Assembly (NCBI GenBank): GCA_030704615.1
Contig: CM060731.1
Location: 44,826,001 to 44,890,000 of the forward strand
Source: Takakia lepidozioides
Taxonomy: Eukaryota; Plantae; Bryophyta
Length of the DNA stretch: 64,000 nt
Direction of reading: 5' to 3'
The position numbers were made by a program, and so were the translations under genes. The notes below the pieces were generated by a model, which was not told the DNA's origin, searched no databases, and worked only from the letters and a program-made list of their open reading frames with translations. This document shows, piece after piece, positions 39,371 to 51,700 of the stretch. Numbering within the stretch: the first letter of the stretch is position 1; each line of letters begins with the position of its first letter.

Positions 39371-42015
39371 TCTTAGTCAGCTCCTCAGACCATCATAAGC
39401 TTCGGGCCCATGAATCGTTTCTAACAGCCATGATCTAGATGTATACTGCATCTTGTCGGTTGCTACTGGCTACAACAAACTTTAGCACCGCCTAGCCCTT
39501 CACCGGATTTGATCAAGTATAAGGGAACCACGTTTGAACTCGTGCTAATTTTTTTTGGTGTACACGTTCAAGAGGTGTATGTTGGATTGATATCATGTAC
39601 GTCATGTGTAGATTTAGGGGCATCTCCACCAGTGCCTTAGAAGCAACTTAGGTCTTTATCTGTAGAAAGGGCTTAGAACTACAGAATTTGATAACGTCCA
39701 TGGTGTAGATCGGAGAGCAAGGAGAATGTAATGCATACGTACAGAAAGGTCGGGTACTCGCAGCTGCATATGCGGTTCCTCGGAAATAAGTTTTAGTTGA
39801 AGGAAACAAAACAAAATTTGGGAGCGTGGTGTGGGGCAGCCATAAATTGATTCCAGGGTGGTCTCCATACCAGGCTCCTAGGCCCTGAGGTTGCCGGCCG
39901 ATATACAAAAATTTGACATTGGATAAACTGGATTACGTTCAGTTCACTAGCTAGAAAATTGCAATGTGGGGACGTGAGCGCGCGCAATTGACGATGCCAC
40001 AGAATCGCGAATCCAATCCTTCTGACGGGGTATGTGCACAGGGAACAATATGTAGGAAGAATGACTGGCCTCGAGGAATAAGTATATATGTTGTCGCCCG
40101 GCTCAGCAGAATGTTTTGCATCTGACTTGATAACGAGGAGATGATCCCAGGTGATGAGTACGGCCTCTGTTAAATATAAACAATCCAGGACTACTCTAGA
40201 GGTCAACTGGTAATCTCACTGCGCCCTTCAAACTTAATCTTCCAGAAAGTTGACTCAATTGACTACTGCTATCCACTGTGATGACCTTGGTTTGAATCGG
40301 ATGTACCCACAAGGGCGACTGACCCAGTGCACTGGAAGCAAAACCCTCCCCATCGGTAACTCAAAACGGAGAGCAGTCCATTCAAGGTGTTCTGGATAGA
40401 AGGAATGGGTATGAAGAGACTGGATGCTCCCTGGGTAAACCACTGCCAAAACTTCATTCTGACTACCCAGGTCACAGGCACGCCTGCTGCAATCTGCAAT
40501 CTTTCGTGAAGGAGACGCATTGCCCAGAAAAAAGAAAAAAGGAAAAGGCAGTCTAAAGCCAATTTTCGTAGTACAAGGGTCGCCTGACTGGCAGACCAAA
40601 TTCTGGCAAATCAACAACTCTCTAATAATGTGAGAAAAGCACTGGGGTGACACAAAGTGTACTACAATCCAACTGAGCTACTGCATCCTTGTCTTGTCTT
40701 GTGTGTTGTGGTTTTGTGGCTTACGTTTTGTTGGCTTTCAGTGTCCCTTCAGGGCAGAGACTTTGCATCAGGTTGAAGTCAATGGAGAAACTGTGCTCAA
40801 CTGACCTTCCACCGTGGCAAGAATATGATTGCTCTAAAAAAGCTCTCAAGCATAAACCACATGGCAGCTTGTCAAAATTGTTACTTCAATGGACAGACCC
40901 ACTTGCGGTTTGCCGCCCCAGCCCTGGTGCTTGGTACCATTGGAAAGCCCTCGACAAGGAGGGGTGCACTGGCTTGGTCTCATTATTTTTGGACCTGCGG
41001 TGTGGGAGATGTGGAATTTCAAGTACTTTGGGTAGCTGGGAATTCCCGAAAAATAGCGAAGTGGAATTCCTGGGACAATGGTTGGAGCCCGGAGAGGAGA
41101 GATATAAAGGGAAAGGTCTCCGTTTCAAATCTAGTCGTAGGCAAAAAAAATGCATTTGGACTTAGATGACATTGGACCCTTGGGCCAACAACACAGGCTA
41201 CCCTAGAGGTCGCACTTGGGCCTCAACATAGGAGAGGCACTTACATAAATAAGAGATTGCACTTGGGCTTAAATGACACTTGACACTTGGGCCCAACGGC
41301 ACAGGCTACCCTAGTAATAGATTATATTTATGATTGGCTTTTGAAGTCAAGATAGAATTAATTTAAGCCTACCATATTCCGATCTCATATAAAGGTGTAG
41401 AGGCATATTGCATCGTAATGGAATACATAATAGTGCATAGGATTCACCCTTGACAGATAGCGTGACATAATAAAAATATAGGTGGGCATAAAACTCGTCG
41501 GTAATTATACCACCTCGTATATCAGCCACATGATACTCCTAAGATGGTTACTCCTAAGATGGTTACAATGAAGACCAATCCATCTATAACTTATATCACT
41601 ACAACTTCAAGAGAGAGAGAAATAGGTAATGTATAGCAGGACCTGAAACATAGCTGGATCCCATGCCCTAGCCATTGGTGTGTGCCCTGCCCACCTTGCC
41701 ACCAACTAATCAACCCTCGCTCTCCTCTTCCACTCCCTTGATCTTGCCCCTTGATCTTGCCTCTTTTGCATTCCCTACTGGACCCTCCATCTCTTCCCAA
41801 GCTCACTCTTTGGCTATAGCTTGCCAAAATGACCTCCCCACACCTCTAGAACCTCCTCCAATCTAGAACCTTCCCTAGTGAACTTTGACATGCATTCCAT
41901 ATGGCCCCTAACATGCTGGGGCCGCATCCATGCTGTAGCCACCTTTGTTGGGACAGCTTGTGAGCTATCCAATTTTCTTTGCTTAATTTTATTTTTGGAA
42001 TGATTGGGGTACTAT

Positions 42016-42509
42016 CACTCTGTTGGACTGGTATAGAGGTGAAGGACTGGTATATGTATTGGTATATGCACTGGTATTAGATACCAGACCAAGTCTGGTA
42101 TCATTTGGGAGAATACTTGGTCATATACCAGGCTGTCAGTTTTTTCATACCAACCACAAGACCAATACTCCCAAGCTATCTTCCTCATTTACTCTTGTAT
42201 ATGTACTATACTAAATTATGTATATATATGCCTGCATACTTGTATTTATATATATTTACTTCCTTATGTGTATTATATTTGTTTTCACTTGATACTTGCT
42301 ATTTGATAAACTTGTAATTCAAAGATGGCTTTGGAATGATACCAGAATTGATATCTCATACCAGCTGGTATTGTGGTCATGATACTCATACCACAATCTG
42401 GAAAAAATGCATCCACCATTATATAGACTAGACTGGTATGAAAGTTTTGTGATACGTCTAGTACCAGGACCAGACTGGTATGTCCTAACCCCATACCAGC
42501 CCAGCACTG
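42016..42509. mobile_element. Decayed hAT-like MITE with tggtat/atacca subterminal repeats
   Basis: Right end ccataccagcccagcactg is an imperfect inverted match to left end cactctgttggactggtat; flanks ggtactat and gtacatat resemble an 8-bp TSD. Confidence 0.55.
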
Positions 42510-42655
42510 GTACATATCAAGCCAAGTGGAAATCAGTAGCTCAGTTGGATAAGTTAAGTTACTGAGTGCAACCAAGTGATTCTGTGCTCAAATACTGATA
42601 CGGTCATACGTGTGTGAGCAGTGTAATCTTCTCCCTCTTTCCTTGGAGTTGGGAC

Positions 42656-43843
42656 GAGTGTTGGGAGGATACCCTTTTTCAGCCATTATACCCTGAGGGT
42701 AAAACCCAATAAGGGGGTATATGGATATACCCTACCCTTGAAATTCCAAAATACCCTTACCCTAGGGGGGGGGGGGGGCGGTTAATTATTTTTGTTATAC
42801 CCTTAATGGATTATACCTGGGGTTTGAAATTTCAAAGGATACCCTTACCCTGAGGGTAAATCTGTTCAATGGCCCGGTAACAGGGAAGGGTATAATAATT
42901 TGATTACTAGGGGTTTAGGTTTAGGTGTGGTATTTGCTAGTAGAGAGGGCAAACACTAGCATTTTTTATTTTTTATTTCCCCCCCCTTCGTTGGTCTTCC
43001 TCTTCGCAGCTTGTGCTTCAAGACCGGTCCTTGCCACTCTCTCCTTGGAAAAAGCGTGTGCTAGTGGCAGTCCCCGCCATCGCCGCTCTCTCTTTCCTCG
43101 GTATCCGCCATTCTCTTATCTATGGTGCAAAGCGACCTCATTATGATCAAATGTGTTGTTTTGTTATTATATTTGAGGGCCATTAGAGGAGCATAAATGA
43201 GGGCTAAAATTTTGCTATTCATAAGCCACATAAAAAATAAACAAAAATATTTTATTTTTTCAAAATAAAAGGCATAACCCGTTAAATTCTATATAACGGG
43301 GATGTTATATAGTTGAAATGCTTCGTATTCCGTCCCCCCACCCAGGTTTTGGTTCTTAGTTAACTCCTGCTTTCCCCCCCAACTCCCTACCAGTGCTGGG
43401 TGTTCCCCATGTGATACGCCTCTACGGTCCCTTAGGAGGTTATTTTTTCCTCCTCTCTGTTCTCATTTTGCCACTCCAATAAAGTTTTTGTAGGGCCTCT
43501 GTCCCTTTTATTAAAAAAAATTAAAAAAAATTAAGTACTTAATAAAATTCACAAATTAAATTTGAAAAAGTAATATACCCTTTATAATTACCGTGGGATA
43601 TCCTGAGGATATAAAAATGGTACCATTATCCTGCAATTACCCTTACCCTCATGGTATATGTGGCACCCAATACCCTTACCCTGAGGGTAAATGTTTACCA
43701 AAAATTTATATATACCCTTATCCGGAGGGTAAATGTTTTCAAAAAATAGATTATACCCTTACCCTGAGGATAAGTTTGACCCCCAAAATCATGTATACCC
43801 TTACCCTGAGGGTAGAAAAAATCAATATACCCTCCCAACACTG
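42656..43843. mobile_element. Non-autonomous hAT-like element, ~1.19 kb
   Basis: TIRs gagtgttgggagg and cctcccaacactg; flanks gttgggac and gttgggga; multiple palindromic TACCCTGAGGGTA subterminal motifs at both ends. Confidence 0.8.
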
Positions 43844-46800
43844 GTTGGGGACATGGTGCCTCATGGCGAGGTTACTTTGCAACAGTGTCTTTTCTTTTCT
43901 CTCCAAGTAAGGGTCCTCATTTGTTCCCTTAAAAACACATGAAAAATGTGGCGCAGACAATATGGGCTACCGACTTATGGCTTCCCTGCATGGCTGTTAT
44001 GGCATTCATCGAGGATCCACGGTTCCAACTTGCAACAGTATGCGACCTCGTCTCTGCCTGATTTGCCGCCACCGACAGAGCGGCAATCGACAGTATCTCA
44101 GTTCACTGCGCAGATAACAGAAGCTCTGCAAGCCCAACGTTGAAGCAATGATCCAAATCCTGAGAAGTATAGAGTGCGTGAGGCAATAAAGCGACAAGCT
44201 TGCCCGTTCTCCTCCCTCTTGAGGACGAGGTGTTTCCTAATAGACTTGCAGTGGGATATGTTACCAAAATCTTCCTGACGCTCCTTTGTAGGTATCCCGC
44301 TCTCATCCAGCTCCAGAAGGCGAAGACCCCGTAGCATTGGAACATTCTAGAAGAGGAGATTTTTCGCAGTTATTCCAGACTCAAAAGTTGAAAGGTACGC
44401 CCTGCAGCTGAAGAGGGCGAAGACCAGACAGTTCTTGGGGAAGACAAAGTTCCTTGACTCGGACCCATCTTTTCCCGGCTCTACAAGGGGAAGAAGACCC
44501 ACTAGCTTTACGTAGCTGGACAACCTTTTGCAGTCGCCATGACTCCAGATGAGGCAGGCAAGTGGGGGATGGCGCCAAGCCTCTTATTTCTCACACGAAT
44601 GAGATCTTGTCGCTATTGCAGAGCCTGTTGATCGCTCGTGACTTGTCCAGACGCCTGCAATTTAAGTGCATCATGGACTAGTTCCAGGCTCTTCCAGCAC
44701 GCATACTGCAAGCAGACTGCAAGTCAGGACAACGCCGATATAACTCATTTTGTCCCCGGGTTGACTACTACAATAGTTACAAGTTTGTGCATTAAGATGT
44801 CATAATTTGTCAATCAATCAAATCTACACCAGTTGAAGGAATGTGGATTTTGTTGGAATTATCCCCTGTGTGGACGTGTGGACATTATGTAGAGCTCTAA
44901 ATCTTCCCCAGACTTGAGTGGATTCCATCTAGGGACTAGATAATGTAGCTGGGAAAAGAGCCCAGGTAAGTCTCAGCAGGGTATACAGTCTCTGCAAACC
45001 TACCAAAATTCCATCCAAATTCCAAAAAATTTGGAGCCCTTATGCATCATGGAGATGTCTCTGTTTGATCCAAAGCTCTCATTATTTGAGTAACAGAAAC
45101 ACATGTATTGCAAAAGCAACAACACCCAATTGTATATATGTGTTCCACCAACTCACGTTAATGTTCAGGAATCCAGATGATGTACAATGTGATGTCCAAT
45201 CAAGCATTTCTCGAAATCTGAGATTGATATTGCAAAATGATGATCTGACTTTTTGTTTTTAGTTTCACACGGTATTCAAGAGTGGATCGAAATCTCCATA
45301 GCCATGGCCCCTTTGCCGTATGGAGAGAATCGGCCAGGTTACAATAAAAGACATTCTTCCCACATTCTGTTTCCCGCGGCCGAAACTGTCTACAAAATAT
45401 GTATAATATGTTTGTCGGCAACATGCCTCCAACCTGGAAAGATTCATCACACTCACACACACCGAAAGGCAAGTAATAGTTTTGGCCCGTGAATGCTCTG
45501 AGCACCGGACTGCATTCCACTTGGGGCCAAAAATACAACTTGGCCGAAGGCGAGGGTCCCGCCAGTCTAAGGATCACGAGTTTTCTGTTTTCCCAAAAAC
45601 GTTTACACACCGGTCCATCAACGACAATCTGAGACGCATTTTTCGAAACCTGCGCTTAGATTATGATGCTATAAAGACGAGAGCATCTGCCTGACGTCAA
45701 AATGATTCCAGATTGGAAGGTGCTAAGGTGAAGATTGTCACTTTTGGAACTTGTCCAATCCGAGCTCTTGGCACGGATTTTGTGGGTTTGCAGCAGAAGG
45801 ACTGCATGACCTAATTCATGAAGGCCTGGAAGCAGGGCAGCTCAATGATGCAATAGGCTTTACAGGTCAGCCTCGGCAGTTTGAGAGTTGTCGTGTAGCA
45901 CAAAAGTAGGGCGCAGCAAAAAGGTCGAGCAAGTTGCGACGTTGCGACGTCACTCGCTCACGACTTGCAAGTTGCGCGCGTAGCAGCATTCATGCCCCCA
46001 AACTCGTGTCAACCTTCTACCGAGTTCTACCGTTTGTCCCAGGTTTGTGGTTTATACTCAAATCATGCCTATCGTCTCGCTTTGACACAGCTCTTGTCAC
46101 TTAGGATGAGCACACAAAGACACTTATTATCACCCTTGATGCTGCCGGGTAGCAGGGTTCCCAAGGGGACTGGAGTACCAGCAGTTTGCGTTACAGATGC
46201 GCACGATGTATGTACAAGAGGTCTATTTTTGTCCTCGCAAAAGCAGGTTGCTCATCAAGTTGTTGTCTCGTACACATAAGCTATCCTGGAATTCCACTCA
46301 AAGCTATAATCTTTGCAACACAATACTGAAGTCTCACAGTGCTGCATACAGATAATTGCAGTAAGCTATGCAGAGGGTCAATGCGGTTCAAGATGTTCAT
46401 CACCCCCCCCTTACTTAGCGGGTATCAAACATAATTCTGTGAACTGCGTTCACGTGTTTCGTGGAAAGAGCACACCAGATTATTCGTAGAAGCATCCTTT
46501 ATACATACAAAGCGAGTTGTCATGTCCCAATGGTTACCTGTACACATTCTCATAACACTATGACTGCAGAATTGTTTTTATCAGAGACCTCGAGCACCTG
46601 ATGACTGCACTGTGGCCCAGCCTTTGAGTAGCCACCAACCTGGCTCTATTCATGAATAGTTACCGTACCACCCAAGGAGTGTATTCAAGTTCAGGTACTA
46701 TGTACACACAGGTGACATCAACTTCGATAAATCCTGTACATGTACAAATCGCCTATAGCCAATCTCCCTGTGGCCTTTAAAAGTCTGCATTAAGCCAAAG

Positions 46801-48706
46801 ATCCCCTGCACATCAGGATTAAGCTTACCCACCATCCACGATCCATCATTGGCCGGATTTATCATCTCGGCGGCCGTAGATCACGTTAATGGGTAGTTGT
46901 GCTTAAGTGAATCGATGTCCAGCCATCTCTCACTGGGTTTCTAGAGCTGGACTTCAGTCTGTTGTAGAGTTGTACTCTTCTTGGGAGGATCTGCCAACCT
47001 CATCCTCGGATAATGGCAGTGTTGTGGTAATGGGTTCAACCTCATATCGACCCCTCTTGGAGTGCTGAACTTACCAAAGCTCACACGGTCACACCTCCTT
47101 AGAATCAGGACTCAAAAGTGCTCGAGGCAGGGGTCAGTTTGCTTAACTGGAGACGCGTCACCAATCATTCCTATTTGAGTTAGGCTTCCAGGAAAGGGAA
47201 GAACTCGTGATCCACATGTTCAGTATGTACATACTTATTACTTAAGAAGAGTATAACGCCTGACTAACTACGTAGTGTGAATATGAACTCAACAAGCCTT
47301 GACTTGTCAGTCTAATAAAGATACCAGGCTGAAGTGATGATCCATACAGGTCGCCTTTACGTGCAGGCTTAAATGCCTACATGACTTGACTTAGTGGTTG
47401 ATTTTCACTGACGACAACACCAGGGGAGACCGGCTGAGCACTCTATCCGTGAGGAATCTCTCTGATAGAATGTAGCCACTGAGATGCCACCAGCCTCCAG
47501 GGCGCTTATCCCTGTCATTGCAATTTGTCATACGAGCTCGTGTTATCGTTCAATTCCAAAAGTTTTTCCTTTCAAGGGATATAACCGTCAGTGAGCTCCT
47601 ACGCAATTGGAAGAGCAACGGAATGAGCCTCCACGATGGGTTCACCAGCAATGTCATTTAGCGCAGCAATGTATACTGGACTACATATACAGACTGATCT
47701 GAAGCTTATTGTGGGCATTTGTCCAGATGCTCATGGGCCGGTCGTCTTCCTCATGAGTGTCTTCGAGTGACTAATCTCTTCCAAGAGGTGTCTTATGAAT
47801 GCTTGGGCGAGGCTCTGTGAACGACGAAAGCTGGTAGGACCCACAAATTATGCAACTTCAATGGACTTCAGTTGCTCTGTTACAGGGATGCAGGGCCCAC
47901 TAAGAACGAGCGGGAGGGTTTTGTAGCCATAGAGAGGAATGAACAGCGACGAGCCTTTCAGATCAGGGAAAACAGTTCAAGGATCAGTGTTGGAATGCAC
48001 TGTAGCTCAGGACTCCAGTTATGTGGAGCAGCCATCTTGCTACAGTTTGGGAAAGTCTAACACAACATTGTATGGAGTATGAGAGACTAGGATATGAGCA
48101 ACGGGAAGCAGTACTTGGGAATACCCAGTCCCCTACCCAGCACCAATTTTAGTCGCTGTTGGAACTGGTGACTTCGAAACTATCAGGATCTGTACAATAG
48201 TGGCCAAGTGAAGCTAGTGTACAGTCTAACCTAATTTAACCTCTTAAGTAAACCTACCAACCTTGGATGTATCTGAACTTCTGAATCCTTGTCTCGAGGA
48301 GGATTCTCTCCACCAAGATTTGCCTGAAAAGGGAAGACACGAAGGAAAGGCTTACATTCGAAGAAGAGAGCTCGAAGTTTTCTGGTGACTGTTGAGCTTC
48401 TGTTGAGCACTTGACCAATATATATGTACTAGTTAAGTTCACGACCAGTGGTCATATCTTTCTCTACCTTCTCTGTCAGAAGCACCTTGGCACGTGATGA
48501 ATTCATGTTTTCAGGACTCAGTATGGAGGTTCATACAGAGTGGCAAAGCGAATTTATCTTGAGAAATCCAGTGTGCACGCAACTTGTTTTAAGACTGAAA
48601 ACTGAGCTGCTCACCCAATCCACTCGCACGAGGGACTGCAGAGATGGAGTACCAACGACACCCCACGTCTCTCGGATGTGACAACACTTCGCAATTGGTA
48701 TGGTTG

Positions 48707-51700
48707 ATGCATGGAAATCTCTCAAGTCTGACCCGCTACATCTACACCGGGCTCGTCCTCCTAGTTGTTCTCTGCGTCGCCCCGAGTCCTGGCATCGCTC
48801 TCAACCATGAAGGTGAATGTCCTATCTTGCATGGTCAACAATTTCAGATCCTGGTGTGATTTTATTAAGTTAACTAAGACTACAGGTACATGTATGGAAT
48901 CATTCTAACAATGTGGAAAAGTTCTAGAACCGTCAAGTGCGCCCCTGCATGGTCCAGAATGGAATGCATACTCACTTGTGTGTACACATTGAAGCTCTGC
49001 ACAGTCGACTGTTGCACTTATACCACTAGTAGCCTTGCAGCCATGCACTGCCTGGTATGCAACTCATATCTTTAGGTACCGGGGTTTCCACTGGTTCATT
49101 ATGAATCCGTTATACCTCACCCAGAGCTGGACACAGACACTTCGAAATGAAGCACTAGAGGCAATTCAAAGATGCTCACTTGAAACCATCTTGACCAGTT
49201 CAAGTTTGGCCCGAAGGTAGTCACAAAATGCCAATTTCCTTCTTGAAGGTGCCCTGACAGTCTTAGCAGCAGCACGTTCATATGGTTTGAGGTACCATAC
49301 ATGTGTGAAGGGACTTCGTTGAGTGCGTACGAAGACAAGGAGGGGTCTTGAAAGACACAACGTTCACCGACAACATTTCTTCCTATTTGTCTCTAATAAA
49401 CCTGGGTGTCTTTGAAACTTGGCGCAGGTCAGGTGCTGCTTCAATTTGAACGCAATGTGCGTGACCCCCGTCACAGCCTTTCTAACTGGGATCCATCTCA
49501 TCCCACACCTTGTCAATGGACCGGCATTTTGTGCTCTCAACAATCACAAGTTTCTGCAATGTAAGTGTCAGCGACCCAGAAACTGTAGGTTCCTGAAGGT
49601 TCTCACGTCTTTGTATTCATGCTGGCTAAAAGTACTTAAGACACCATGTATCCTTCACACGTTGGAAATTGATTCTGGGTCGTTTCACATAGTTCTGAAT
49701 GAGAGGCCTTCTCGACTATGTTCTTGAAAGCACTGTCACTGTCCACCTCTTTCCCCGGTCATATTGTGAAGCTCGAGGCAATGTTGTTCCTCATTGGATC
49801 ATCTGAACTTTTAGCCCTGGTAAGTATGAGTTGTACATTTCAATTGAAAGGTACATTTTGAAGGGGTCTTGTCTGAGAAGAATTGTCTATCCTGATCACC
49901 CCTCGATCCTTCCGTTTTGTGCTCAGGAGGCTGTCGAAATTTCATGGCCACATGGTTTTGCTAACTAAAGCAAAGTTCAGTAAGTATGGAATGTATGCTT
50001 TGTAGGTTTCGGGTGCAATGTCGACCCTAGAGATTTTCTGACTCTAGCTACAGGTACAGTACGAGACCAAGGCAGGGACAGGTTCAGAAGCACTTGAAAT
50101 TACTGACTTGAACTTGTACATGTACTTAACTTGTTCATCAAAGATGCAAGGTCTGTGTCCAAGTACATACAACCTTCCTGGATCTCTATCTTCAACCCAG
50201 CTCGACAATAAGTACCGTTTGTGCCCGATGGATCTCTACTCTAGCTGGTAGGACGGTGAATCATGTGAAGCATTTGAGTGACGAACTTGGATGTACCTGT
50301 TCAAAAATCATAAATGCTGGTTTGTGTTTGTTGTGCTGCAGAAATCTTTCAGGAAAGCAGCTTCATGGTAATATAACGTTGGATGTGAGAGGACTGAAGT
50401 GGCTGCAAGCTCTGTAAGTAGTTGTGCATGCTCTGTTCTGTGCATATCGTAGTTGATAACTCTGTGTCATTTCGTTTTGAAGAAGAGATGCCCTGATAAG
50501 GTCTAGCGTGCTAAAATGATTGGATACCGGACGTTGCAGGAATTTGTCGTCCAACTATTTCGAAGGCGAGATTCCGGCCGCCATGATAGGGAACTCCACC
50601 AGTTTGAGAATTGTGTAGGTGAATTTGCATTTGGCAAACTTAACTTCTAAGGCAGGCCTTGGTTTTTTGAGTTTTGAGATGACAGCTCTTGGTGTGGAGA
50701 CCTACGTGTATGCGCCCAGTGTACTAATGGCAGGGAAGACATCAGATTACTGGCAGAAGAAAGGACTTGCATCACATGGAAGATTTGTATGGACATTGTT
50801 ATCGATGAATGGGACCTGTGCTCAGTCTAACTGCTCGGTTGTACACATGTGTCCAGGAATCTTCACGCAAACAACTTATCTGGTGCTATATCTGCAGAGC
50901 TTGGCTTTCTCGTGGGCCTCACATACTTGTAAGTAAAATTGCTATACCAACATGCTCGAGCTTTAGATATTTTATTCTGTGCAACGCCTTTGACTGTTGC
51001 ACGTTGCTAAGGATACCAGAATTTGTGTTGAAGAGACATCCCAATGAGATCTCATCGGGGCGACCGATCTGAGTATCGAAGGAACTAATGGGATCTATTA
51101 ACTTACGAGAGACACTGGAGAAGTACTGAGACTTCAGAAACTGTTGTTGCGGGATTTGCATGCAGGGACCTGTCAAACAACCGACTAAGCGGTGAAATAC
51201 CTTCCAGTTTAGATCGCCTCACAAAGCTCTCATTCCTGTAAGCAGAGTTTCTGTCTTCCAGTCTATTTCCCACGCTTCATGTAGCTCTTACACATTCTTG
51301 CACTTCAACATCATTGATAACAAGCTTAACTAGGGTATCTCTACTGAATGTGAACCTGTGGTATGTGAAAGGAATGTACTCGTGGATGTTTGGTGGATTG
51401 TGAAGCTCATGAAGCTTGCTGGCCCAACTTGCAGGAATCTCTCGAGTAATAACCTTAAGGGCAGTGTGCCTCAAGGGCGAGTCTTAACTTCCTTCACCGG
51501 GGCTTCGTGAGTGACCTTTGATCACCTTCTACCCTCTGTCAATGTTGCAAGAAGGTTGAGTTTGATTCCCTATTTAACAAGTTTTAAGAGAAACCCTGGA
51601 GCCACGGTACTGGATTCATATCATCAGACCAAAAAATGGTTCAAATCCTCTTAAATTGTACTCTAGATTGTTCTGCCCTAAACGCCTGTTTGTTGCAGGA

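Noticed and set aside
40870-41890. Possible solo LTR (tgtcaaaatt ... aactttgaca, internal direct repeats)
   Set aside because: Flanks cagct and tgcat are not a TSD and there is no second copy to confirm the ends
42908-42926. Telomere-like gggtttaggtttagg
   Set aside because: Only about two degenerate units inside a transposon; not an interstitial telomere array
43593-43942. ORFs with YPYPEG repeats
   Set aside because: Translation of the TACCCTTACCCTGAGGGTA subterminal DNA repeats of the hAT-like element
43940-44640. Coding-like composition here and at 46700-48060
   Set aside because: Multiple stops in all frames and no recognisable motif; a gene or pseudogene call cannot be supported
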